Source of the DNA: an uncultured Candidatus Saccharibacteria bacterium
GTDB lineage: Bacteria; Patescibacteriota; Minisyncoccia; Phycocordibacterales; UBA9973
Length of the DNA stretch: 48,795 nt
Assembly: GCA_964618365.1 (NCBI GenBank)
Contig: CAZUAA010000001.1
Location: 1 to 48,795 of the forward strand
Reading direction: 5' to 3'
Under the pieces are notes generated by a model, which saw only the letters and a list, made by a program, of their open reading frames with translations, made no database searches and was not told the origin of the DNA. Positions within the stretch are counted from its first letter, which is position 1. Each line of letters begins with the position of its first letter. Below are positions 36,297 to 44,926 of this stretch, piece by piece. Made by a program: the position numbers and the translations under genes.

Positions 36297-38066
36297 ATGG
36301 GATACCAATCAGAAACAAAACAATGCCAAAACTGCAAGAAAGACTTTACTATCGAGCCGGAGGACTTTAATTTTTATGAGAAAATCAAAGTCCCTGCACC
36401 GACTTGGTGTTCGGAATGTAGATTCCAAAGAAGGTGTACATTTAGAAATGAAAGAAAACTTTTTAGAAATATTGATGCAATATCAAAGAAACCAGTTTTG
36501 TCTTTATATCCCATAGAAGCTGGATTTCCAATTTATGAAGATAATTATTGGTGGAGTGATAATTGGGATCCTTGTGATTACGGAGTTTCTTTTGATCGGT
36601 CAAAACCATTTCTTTTGCAATTATATGAATTGAGCAAAAGAGTTCCTTTTATGCGCTCTGATGCCGTGAGAATGGTGAGAAGTGAATACTCTGCAAATGC
36701 AGCTGATCTTAAAGATTGTTATCTTATATTTAATTCTTCTGGTACAGAAAATTCTGCCTACGGAAACGCTGTAGATTATTGCAAAAATGTATTTGATAAT
36801 TCTCACATACAATCATCCGAAAAATGTTATGAATCTTTTTGGTTAAATAAATGTTACGACACCCATTTTTCTTCTTTATGTGAGGATTGTGTTTCTCTTT
36901 GGTTCTGTAAAAACTGTCAAGGATGTATGAACTGTTTCGGGTGTGTAAATCTACGCAATAAATCATATTGTGTTTTTAATGAGCAGTATAGCAAAGAAGA
37001 GTATCTGGAAAAATTAAAATCATTTGATTTTAATAAAAATAGTAATTTAGATAATTTTAAAAAAGAAATAAAAAATTTTTGGTTAAATTTTCCTAATAAA
37101 TATTCACAAGGAATTAGAAATAGTGCTTGCAGTGGGGAATATATTTCTAACTCCAAAAATGTAAAAAATAGTTATCTTATAAGAGAAGGTCAAGACTTGA
37201 AATATGTTCAGTATGGACTAGTCCCTAGCCTAAGAGATTGTATGGATTTATCAGTTAGTGGTAATAATAGTGAGCTTATATATGAAAGTGTCACTTCTGG
37301 CTGGAATTCATCTAATATGAAATTCTGTATGGAATGTTGGGATGGGGGTTCTGATTTTGAGTATAGTATTTTTTGTGGCAAAAAAGCAAATCATGTATTT
37401 GGTGGGGTGGGAATAAAAAGTGGAGAATATGTTATTTTAAATAAACAATATTCTAAAGAAGAATTTTATAAATTGAAAGAAGAAATTATACAGCATATGA
37501 ATGATATGCCCTATATTGATAAGGTTGGTAGGGTGTATAAATATGGAGAATTTTTTCCACCAGAATTTTCACCATTTGCTTATAATGATACTGTCACTAA
37601 GGAACATTTTCCATTGAGTAAAGAAGAGATTTTAGAATATGGTGCTAATTGGTATGAAGTTCCTAAGTCAGAATATGATATAACCATAAATACAAAAGAT
37701 TTACCGGATGATATAAATGATATCCAAGATAATATTTTAGACGAGGTCATTTTATGTGTAGATTGTAGTCGTGCTTATAAAATCATACAAACTGAACTTC
37801 AATTTTTGAGACAAAATAATATCGCATTACCGAGATCTTGCATTAATTGCAGACATGATAAAAGAATTTCTCAAAGAAATAGAAATAAACTTTATAAAAG
37901 GACTTGTGATTGTAATGGAGAATATTCAAATAATGGTAAATATAAAAATGAGGTAATTCATGATCATAAAAATAATTCATGTACAAACGAATTTGAAACA
38001 AGTTACGCCCCCGATAGACCAGAAATAGTGTATTGTGAAAAATGTTATCAAAATGAGGTATACTAA
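36297..38066 (+). CDS. Cys-rich zinc-ribbon/Cys-ladder paralog 3 (partly degenerate ligands)
   Basis: Same architecture as the other paralogs. The second N-terminal ribbon and the second core motif have lost their cysteines (ANHVFGGVGIKSGEYVILNKQYSKEEF). Confidence 0.9.
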   Translation: MGYQSETKQCQNCKKDFTIEPEDFNFYEKIKVPAPTWCSECRFQRRCTFRNERKLFRNIDAISKKPVLSLYPIEAGFPIYEDNYWWSDNWDPCDYGVSFDRSKPFLLQLYELSKRVPFMRSDAVRMVRSEYSANAADLKDCYLIFNSSGTENSAYGNAVDYCKNVFDNSHIQSSEKCYESFWLNKCYDTHFSSLCEDCVSLWFCKNCQGCMNCFGCVNLRNKSYCVFNEQYSKEEYLEKLKSFDFNKNSNLDNFKKEIKNFWLNFPNKYSQGIRNSACSGEYISNSKNVKNSYLIREGQDLKYVQYGLVPSLRDCMDLSVSGNNSELIYESVTSGWNSSNMKFCMECWDGGSDFEYSIFCGKKANHVFGGVGIKSGEYVILNKQYSKEEFYKLKEEIIQHMNDMPYIDKVGRVYKYGEFFPPEFSPFAYNDTVTKEHFPLSKEEILEYGANWYEVPKSEYDITINTKDLPDDINDIQDNILDEVILCVDCSRAYKIIQTELQFLRQNNIALPRSCINCRHDKRISQRNRNKLYKRTCDCNGEYSNNGKYKNEVIHDHKNNSCTNEFETSYAPDRPEIVYCEKCYQNEVY

Positions 38067-38071
38067 GATAT

Positions 38072-39745
38072 ATGGGATACCAATCAGAAACAAAACAATG
38101 CCAAAACTGCAAGAAAGATTTCGTTATAGAATCCGAGGATTTTAATTTTTATGAGAAAATAAAAGTCCCAGCACCAACATTTTGTCCGGAGTGTCGACTA
38201 CAAAGAAGATTATCTTATAGAAATGATTATATTTTTTATAATAGAAGATGTGATTTATGTGATAGAAATATAATTTCTATATATTCACCTGATAACCCTC
38301 AGATTATTTATTGTAATAAATGCTGGTGGAGTGATAAATGGGACCCAAAAAGTTATGCTCAAGATTTTGATTTTTCAAGGCCATTTTTTGAACAATTTCA
38401 AGAATTTCGTGTTAGAATCCCAGCTCTAGCATTGTTTAATGATAACAATATTGGAAGTGAGAATTGTGAGTACACTCAAGATTTAGCTTTTTCAAAAAAT
38501 TGTTATATGTGTATGGTGATGTGGAAAATTCAAGGGTGTATGTATTCTAGTTACGGGGCTGATACTAAAGATACTGTAGATTCAATGGGGATTTTTGGGA
38601 CAGGAGAAGGATTGTATGAAGTTATGTATAGTGAAAAATGTTATGGATGTAGATATGTATATAAATCTACATCATTAATTAATTGCTCTTACTGTTACAA
38701 TTGTAATGATTGCGAAGATTGCTTTATGTGTGTAAATTTGAGGGGTAAAAAATATTTTTTTAAAAATAAACAATATTCAAAAGAAGAATATAAGAAAATA
38801 TTAAGTGATTATAACCTTGATTCTTGGAGTGGAAACAATAAGGCAGAAAAAGAATTTAATGAATTTTTGTTGTCTCAGCCTTTAAAATATGCAATTTTGA
38901 AAAATTGTGTGAGTTGCACAGGGGAAAATATTACCAATAGTAAAAATTCAAAATACAATTTTCACTTACGCCGCTCAGAAAATTCAAAATTTTTAGAAAA
39001 TGGAGATACTCAAAAAGATAGTTATGATTTATGCGTTGGAGGAGAGCTCTCAGAATGTTATGAAGGATTAACACCTGATCATTCAAATAAATCACTTTTT
39101 TCTATTTATACATGGAAGTGCATGAATATTGAATATTCAGAATCATGTCAAAGTTCAAATAATTGTTTTGGTTGTGTCGCTTTAAAACATGGGAGATATT
39201 CAATTTTTAATAAAGAATATTCAAAAGAAGAATATGAATTATTAAAAGAAAAAATAATTAATCACATGAAAGATAATAATGAGTATGGTGAATTTTTCCC
39301 AATGAAGGATTCTCCTTTTGCTTACAATGAGTCAATGGCGATGTTCTCATTTCCACTTTCTAAAGAAGATATCCTTCTTAAAAAATTAAAATGGCAAAAT
39401 AATATCCAAGAGACTAGAGGAAAGACCACCTTATTTGATATTCCAGATAAAATTGAAAATGTATCAGATGTTATTGTTGATGAAATTTTAGAGTGTACTA
39501 AATGTCAAAGGAATTACAAGATAACACTAGACGAGCTTTCTTTTTATCGAAAATGGGGAATACCCATACCGAGATTATGTTTCTTTTGCAGACTTAGAAA
39601 TCGTTTTGAAAAAAGAGGTCCTTCTAAACTCTGGCATAGAAAGTGTATGAAAGAAGGATGTAATAATGAATTTGAAACAAGTTACGCCCCTGATAGATCA
39701 GAGATAGTTTATTGTGAAAAATGTTACCAAAATGAGGTATACTAA
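38072..39745 (+). CDS. Cys-rich zinc-ribbon/Cys-ladder paralog 4
   Basis: Same architecture. The first 16 codons are identical at the DNA level to paralog 3 (the shared 106-nt junction ends inside codon 16). Confidence 0.9.
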   Translation: MGYQSETKQCQNCKKDFVIESEDFNFYEKIKVPAPTFCPECRLQRRLSYRNDYIFYNRRCDLCDRNIISIYSPDNPQIIYCNKCWWSDKWDPKSYAQDFDFSRPFFEQFQEFRVRIPALALFNDNNIGSENCEYTQDLAFSKNCYMCMVMWKIQGCMYSSYGADTKDTVDSMGIFGTGEGLYEVMYSEKCYGCRYVYKSTSLINCSYCYNCNDCEDCFMCVNLRGKKYFFKNKQYSKEEYKKILSDYNLDSWSGNNKAEKEFNEFLLSQPLKYAILKNCVSCTGENITNSKNSKYNFHLRRSENSKFLENGDTQKDSYDLCVGGELSECYEGLTPDHSNKSLFSIYTWKCMNIEYSESCQSSNNCFGCVALKHGRYSIFNKEYSKEEYELLKEKIINHMKDNNEYGEFFPMKDSPFAYNESMAMFSFPLSKEDILLKKLKWQNNIQETRGKTTLFDIPDKIENVSDVIVDEILECTKCQRNYKITLDELSFYRKWGIPIPRLCFFCRLRNRFEKRGPSKLWHRKCMKEGCNNEFETSYAPDRSEIVYCEKCYQNEVY

Positions 39746-39750
39746 TATAT

Positions 39751-41460
39751 ATGGAACACCAATCAGAAGCAAAACAATGTCAAAACTGTAAGAAAGACTT
39801 TACTATCGAGCATGAGGATTTTAATTTTTATGAAAAGATTAAAGTTCTACCGCCAACATTTTGTCCACATTGTAGACTTATAAGGAGAATTACTTTTGGA
39901 AACTATTATAATTTTTACAAAAGAGATTGTGATGCTTGTGGTAAAAATGTTATTTGTATTTATTCAAAAGAAGGAGGGTCAAAAATGTATTGTAATAATT
40001 GTTGGTGGGCGGATAATTGGGATGGAACGGAGTATGGGGTAGATTATGATGAAAATAAATATTTTTTTGAACAATTAATTTCATTAAGAAAAGGTACTCC
40101 TTTTATGGCTTTTGAAGCATTATATCCTTCACTAATAAATACACTATATACAAATCATGCTTCATATCAGAAAAATTGTTTTATGACCATAATGGCTGAT
40201 TACAATGAGAATTGTGCATATTCGACTCTTATTACAAATAGTAAAGATTCAATGGATTGTTATGGAATAAATGAATCAGAGTTGTGTTATGAATGTGTAG
40301 GTATATTTAAATCCTATAATTGTTCTTGGAGTGAAGAAATATCTAATTGTGTAGATTGTCATTTTTGCCAATCTTGTGTCGGTTGTTCCAATTGTTTAGG
40401 TTGTGTAAATTTGAAAAATAGAAGTTATTGCATCTTTAATGAGCAATATTCTAAAGAAGAATATAATAATATTTTAAAAGAATTAAATTTAGAAAACTTT
40501 AATAATTTAATGGCTTTTAATAAAAAAGTTCTAGATTTTTGGATTAAAAACCCAAAAAGATATTATCGAGGTGATAGTTTCAATACTAATGTAACTGGAG
40601 ATTATATTTATGAATCTAAAAATGCGAAAGATTCATATTTGGCAGTTGGCCTTGAAGACTGTAAGTATACACAATTTATAACCTTAAAATCATCAAAAGA
40701 TTGTTTTGATTATACTAGTTGGGGCCATGGAGCTGAGCTTATTTATGAAAGTTATATTACTGGGGAAGGTTCTTATAATATTAAATTTAGCACTGAATGT
40801 TGGCCAAACTCTAGAGATATTGAATATTCTTATTATTGTATAAATTGCAAAGATTGTTTTGGGTGCGTGAATTTAAAGAAAAAACAATATTGTATTTTAA
40901 ATAAACAATATACAAAAGAGGAATATTTTATTTTAAAAGAAAAAATTATTAATGATATGAAAAATAATCCTTGGAAAAATAAAGCAGGACATATTTATAC
41001 TTACGGTGAATTCTTACCACCAGAATTATCTGCTTTTAGTTATCAAGAAAGTATTTCAAACGAATATAATACATTAGAAAAAGAAGAAGCTATTAAAAGT
41101 GGTTTTAATTGGGTTGATATAGCATCAAAAGAATATAGTATAACTCTTGATAATAAAAATCTTCCCCTAACAATATCTGAAATAAATAAAAGTATAAAAG
41201 ATGAAGTAATTGAATGCGAGTCTTGTCATAGGGGATACAATATAAGTAATTTAGAATTTGAATTATTAAATAAATTAAAACAGCCTATTCCACATCAGTG
41301 TTCAAATTGTAGACACAAAAGAAGATTTAGTAGGACAAACAAGCCTATATTTTATGATCGTGTTTGCAATAAATGTGGTGAAAAAATAAGAACCTCATAT
41401 GCCCCTGATAGACCCGAGATAGTTTATTGTGAAAAGTGTTATCAGCAGGAAGTGTATTAA
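39751..41460 (+). CDS. Cys-rich zinc-ribbon/Cys-ladder paralog 5
   Basis: Same architecture, with both core motifs intact (CSNCLGCVNLKNRSYCIFNEQYSKEEY and CKDCFGCVNLKKKQYCILNKQYTKEEY). A strong terminator follows. Confidence 0.9.
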   Translation: MEHQSEAKQCQNCKKDFTIEHEDFNFYEKIKVLPPTFCPHCRLIRRITFGNYYNFYKRDCDACGKNVICIYSKEGGSKMYCNNCWWADNWDGTEYGVDYDENKYFFEQLISLRKGTPFMAFEALYPSLINTLYTNHASYQKNCFMTIMADYNENCAYSTLITNSKDSMDCYGINESELCYECVGIFKSYNCSWSEEISNCVDCHFCQSCVGCSNCLGCVNLKNRSYCIFNEQYSKEEYNNILKELNLENFNNLMAFNKKVLDFWIKNPKRYYRGDSFNTNVTGDYIYESKNAKDSYLAVGLEDCKYTQFITLKSSKDCFDYTSWGHGAELIYESYITGEGSYNIKFSTECWPNSRDIEYSYYCINCKDCFGCVNLKKKQYCILNKQYTKEEYFILKEKIINDMKNNPWKNKAGHIYTYGEFLPPELSAFSYQESISNEYNTLEKEEAIKSGFNWVDIASKEYSITLDNKNLPLTISEINKSIKDEVIECESCHRGYNISNLEFELLNKLKQPIPHQCSNCRHKRRFSRTNKPIFYDRVCNKCGEKIRTSYAPDRPEIVYCEKCYQQEVY

Positions 41461-41485
41461 TTAATGATTAATAAGTATGTTTTAA

Positions 41486-41522
41486 CCCAGATAGGCCTCG
41501 GAGGCCTATCTGGGTTTTTTTA
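41486..41522 (+). terminator. Rho-independent terminator ending the five-gene array
   Basis: 13-bp stem cccagataggcct / aggcctatctggg with a 3-nt loop, followed by a T8 run. Confidence 0.9.
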
Positions 41523-41530
41523 AATTAGGT

Positions 41531-41549
41531 GGGGTGGTATAATTGAGGG
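41531..41549 (+). promoter_or_regulatory. Extended -10 promoter (ggggTGgTATAAT) for the pgl-gnd-zwf operon
   Basis: Same ggggtggtataat core as at 12191 and 13168. The TATAAT box at 41538-41543 lies 6 nt before the ATG at 41550. Confidence 0.6.
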
Positions 41550-42203
41550 ATGGAAATCAAAAATAATTTAAACAAAGAGGAGATCGCAGATTATGTGGCT
41601 TCAGTTATAAATAAAAAATTAAAAGAAGGGAAAAAGGTTTTGTTTTTTGTTTGTGGAGGGTCATCATTAGAAACAGAAGTTTTGGTTTCTCAAAAACTTG
41701 AAAACTTTAATGAAGATAATTTGACCATAACACTTTCAGATGAAAGATGGGGAGAAGTGGGACACAAAGATTCAAACTGGGAAAAACTTAAAAATTTAGG
41801 TTTTAATTTTGAGAATAAAAAACTTATATCATTTTTAATTGGTAAAAGTGTAGAAGAAACAAAATCTTATTTAGAGAATGAACTACGTGATGTTATTTCA
41901 AAAGCAGATTACAAGGTGGCTTTTATGGGTATGGGAAGTGATGGGCATACAGGGGGCATACTGCCTAAAAGTCCGGCTGTTTTTGAAGATGGGCTATTAT
42001 GCTATTATGATGGAGGGGTTTTTGAGAGATTTACCACAACATTTAAAATTTTGGAAAATCTAGATGAAGCATTTCTTTATGTTTTTGGTAGTGATAAATG
42101 GGCAATGGTAGAAAATTTAAATAAAGATATAGATAAGGAAGAAATGCCCGCTCAAATTTTAAAAAAGGTCAAACAATTAACAATTTTTACAGACTATAAA
42201 TAA
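41550..42203 (+). CDS. pgl: 6-phosphogluconolactonase
   Basis: Contains VCGGSS, LSDERWG and MGMGSDGHTGGILP (SugarP isomerase/Pgl family). It lies upstream of gnd and zwf. Confidence 0.8.
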   Translation: MEIKNNLNKEEIADYVASVINKKLKEGKKVLFFVCGGSSLETEVLVSQKLENFNEDNLTITLSDERWGEVGHKDSNWEKLKNLGFNFENKKLISFLIGKSVEETKSYLENELRDVISKADYKVAFMGMGSDGHTGGILPKSPAVFEDGLLCYYDGGVFERFTTTFKILENLDEAFLYVFGSDKWAMVENLNKDIDKEEMPAQILKKVKQLTIFTDYK

Positions 42204-42204
42204 A

Positions 42205-43110
42205 ATGAAAATTATTATATCAGGTTTGGGGAGGATGGGTTCACAAATTGCGAAGAAGCTCCACGAAGGTTCTCATACAGTTATTGCTCATAATAGAGGT
42301 AAAGAAAAAGTTGATATACATAAAGAATTGGGGATGGTGGGAGCTTATACTAAAGAAGAAACTTTAGGAAATTTTGGTGTTGATGAAAAAGTCGTCCTTT
42401 GGATGATGATACCTCACGAGACTGTAGATGATGAGATGAAAGAATGGACGAAAATATTACCAAAAGAAAGTATCATTATAGATGGTGGAAATTCTAGATT
42501 TGTGGATACAAAAAGGAGGAGTGAAGAACTAATAAATTTAGGATTTAAATTTGTAGATATTGGTACTAGTGGAGGAGTCTGGGGTTACCAAAATGGATTC
42601 TCTATGATGATAGGGGGAGATGATGGGTCTGTAGAATATATAAAGCCTATGCTTGAAACCCTGAAAAGTCCTACAGGTATGTATGCTTATTTTGGTGAGA
42701 GTGGAGCAGGACATTATGTAAAAATGGTACACAATGCTATAGAATACGGGATGATGGAGTCACTCGCTGAGGGGTATAGACTTCTTAAAGAAGGACCATA
42801 CAAGAATTTGGATTTGTATAAAGCCGGTGATGTATGGCAACACAGAAGTGTGATAACTTCTTGGCTCAATGAGCTTACAAGAGATGCACTTAAAGAAAAT
42901 CCTAATCAAGAAGGTGTGAATGGAACTGTCTCTGAATCAGGGGAAGCAAGGTGGGCACTTGAAGTCGCTAAAGAATATGATATAGAGACACCAGCCATCT
43001 CTTCTTCTTTTGATGTGCGGATAGAATCACAAAAAGGTAAAATTAATTTTGCCACCAAATTACTAGCTTCTATGAGAAATGCTTTCGGTGGGCATAAAAT
43101 AAATGAATAA
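42205..43110 (+). CDS. gnd: 6-phosphogluconate dehydrogenase (decarboxylating), short form
   Basis: Contains GLGRMGSQIA (Rossmann), DGGNSRF, GTSGGVWG and GAGHYVKMVHNAIEYGMM. Confidence 0.85.
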   Translation: MKIIISGLGRMGSQIAKKLHEGSHTVIAHNRGKEKVDIHKELGMVGAYTKEETLGNFGVDEKVVLWMMIPHETVDDEMKEWTKILPKESIIIDGGNSRFVDTKRRSEELINLGFKFVDIGTSGGVWGYQNGFSMMIGGDDGSVEYIKPMLETLKSPTGMYAYFGESGAGHYVKMVHNAIEYGMMESLAEGYRLLKEGPYKNLDLYKAGDVWQHRSVITSWLNELTRDALKENPNQEGVNGTVSESGEARWALEVAKEYDIETPAISSSFDVRIESQKGKINFATKLLASMRNAFGGHKINE

Positions 43111-44437
43111 TCTAAGACCAACAATATTGATAATAGTAGGTATAACTGGGGATTTATCTACCAGGAAGCTTTTACCAGCACTTGCTGAAATATCTAAAAA
43201 TGAAAAACTACCAGATCAGTTTCGGATAGTTGGGGTCACTAGGCAGAGCAATTTCAATAAAGGTAAATTGTGTAAAAACGAAGACGATGAAAAGATACTC
43301 AAAGAAAAGATAGATATTTTCGAAATGGATTTAAATGAAATTAAAAATTATTTATCTTTAAAAAAGTTTTTATTTGATTTGGGGGAAAAATATGGTTTAG
43401 ATAATCCACAATATTTATTTTATCTTTCTGTTCCACCTCTTGCTTCTTCAAAAATTATAGAACTTATTGGTAAGTCAGGACTTGCGAGTGATAATTCTAA
43501 ATTACTTTTAGAAAAGCCTTTTGGGGTGGATTATGATTCGGCATCTTTGATGCTTTCTCATATAGATAAATATTTAGATGAAGATAATGTGTATCGTATA
43601 GACCATTATCTTGCGAAGGAAACGGTGCAAAATTTGCTAGTTTTTCGTGAGGGTAATTCTCTTTTTAAAAAGACCTGGAATAAAGATTTTATTGAAAGTA
43701 TAGAGATAAATGTGAGTGAAAGTATCGGTATTGAGGGGCGGGCAAACTTTTATGAGCAGACGGGTGCACTTCGTGACCTTATCCAAAGTCATTTGCTTGG
43801 ACTTCTTTCTCTTACACTTATAAACCTAGATAAAGATTATAGTGTCTCTGATATTTCGGACCTCAGATATAAAGCTTTAAAGAAAATTAAAGTTTTAAAG
43901 AATAAAAATAAGATTGTATCTCTTAGAGGTCAGTATGAAGGATATAAAGAAGAAGTTAAAAATGAAAAAAGTAATGTAGAAACTTTTGCATCTATCTCAC
44001 TTTCATCAAGTGATAAGAATTGGAAGGGGGTATCTATTAAGCTTTCTACAGGTAAAGCTTTAAAAGAAAAATATACAGAAATAAGAATTTTATATAAAAA
44101 AGTTCGCGATCATGAATCCAATGAATTACTCTTTAGACTTGAGCCAAACGAAGGTATATCTTTTTCTTTGCTTACAAAAAAGCCAGGATATGATCATGAT
44201 GTGGCAAGACATACACTTGAATTTAATTTCAAGAATCATTACGAATCGTTACCAAAAGCTTATGAACAGGTGATATATAGTGCTATACAGGGTAATCATA
44301 AATTCTTTACATCTGGGAAGGAAGTCTTGGAAACTTGGAGGATTGTCGGGCAGATACAAAAGAATTGGAAAAATTCTGATGATAAAGATTTGGTAATTTA
44401 TAAAAAGGGTAGCGAGATAGAAGAAATAATAAATTAG
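43103..44437 (+). CDS. zwf: Glucose-6-phosphate dehydrogenase
   Basis: Contains GITGDLSTRKLLPAL, EKPFG and RIDHYLAKETVQN. It overlaps gnd by 8 nt. Confidence 0.9.
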   Translation: MNNLRPTILIIVGITGDLSTRKLLPALAEISKNEKLPDQFRIVGVTRQSNFNKGKLCKNEDDEKILKEKIDIFEMDLNEIKNYLSLKKFLFDLGEKYGLDNPQYLFYLSVPPLASSKIIELIGKSGLASDNSKLLLEKPFGVDYDSASLMLSHIDKYLDEDNVYRIDHYLAKETVQNLLVFREGNSLFKKTWNKDFIESIEINVSESIGIEGRANFYEQTGALRDLIQSHLLGLLSLTLINLDKDYSVSDISDLRYKALKKIKVLKNKNKIVSLRGQYEGYKEEVKNEKSNVETFASISLSSSDKNWKGVSIKLSTGKALKEKYTEIRILYKKVRDHESNELLFRLEPNEGISFSLLTKKPGYDHDVARHTLEFNFKNHYESLPKAYEQVIYSAIQGNHKFFTSGKEVLETWRIVGQIQKNWKNSDDKDLVIYKKGSEIEEIIN

Positions 44438-44534
44438 GTAATTTATTTAAAATAATATATTATATATAGGTAAGTAAATTTATTAATTAACAATTAGCCG
44501 CCTACGCTTAAAGCTTCGGCGAGCCAAAGAATAT

Positions 44535-44660
44535 ATGGCAAAAAGAGCTACATCATTACATCCTCATGTAAAATCTAGACACTCAAAGAAGACAAAGAAA
44601 AGATTGGCAATAAAGAAGGTAATGTTAGAAAATAAAAAAAGTAAAAAGAAATCAAAATAA
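44535..44660 (+). CDS. Candidate 41-aa lysine-rich basic peptide (not in the ORF track)
   Basis: Translation: MAKRATSLHPHVKSRHSKKTKKRLAIKKVMLENKKSKKKSK. A hairpin terminator follows directly. No SD is present. Confidence 0.3.
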   Translation: MAKRATSLHPHVKSRHSKKTKKRLAIKKVMLENKKSKKKSK

Positions 44661-44664
44661 TTTT

Positions 44665-44688
44665 AAAACCCCTTAATCAAGGGGTTTT
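44665..44688 (+). terminator. Intrinsic terminator
   Basis: Stem aaaacccc, loop ttaatcaa, stem ggggtttt. Confidence 0.7.
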
Positions 44689-44721
44689 AAAATTGTAAGT
44701 ATAAAAAGATTTAGAGTAGAT

Positions 44722-44920
44722 AAAAAAAGACCCAGGAGAATAGAATGTTAATTCTATTTTTATCCCGGGCCTTACGTAATTATGGCAGTTCTTCTGCCAT
44801 TTGTGCGACTCCTTGGTACCTAATGGTGTCGCTATCGTTTGGCCGGCTAATTTATCTGCGGTGCCGACCATTTTCTCTCGCCTAATGCCTGTATTTATTG
44901 TGGCGAGTTTTTTTTAATTT
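44722..44920 (-). ncRNA. Candidate ~200-nt small RNA of unknown class
   Basis: It is bounded by a perfect consensus promoter (44927-44955) and a minus-strand intrinsic terminator (stem 44731-44779, U-run 44722-44728). The interior forms four GC-rich local hairpins and is far more GC-rich than its surroundings. Confidence 0.55.
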
Positions 44921-44926
44921 AATTAT

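Noticed and set aside
36062-38112. Two antisense ORFs (36062-36337 and 37843-38112) with identical N-termini, MQFWHCFVSDWYPIYLSIPHFDNIFHNTLFLVY
   Set aside because: Their identity is a by-product of the 106-nt identical junction repeat on the sense strand. They are antisense to long, paralog-conserved genes.
44677-44871. 64-aa minus-strand ORF
   Set aside because: It lies within the hairpin-rich candidate sRNA and extends through its terminator. It has no SD and no leaderless promoter spacing.
44722-44920. Assignment of the candidate sRNA to SRP RNA, tmRNA, RNase P or 6S
   Set aside because: I found no GGAA-tetraloop/AGCA SRP domain IV motif, no tRNA-like ends, no GAGGAAAGUCC motif and no end-to-end pairing. 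The class is left open.
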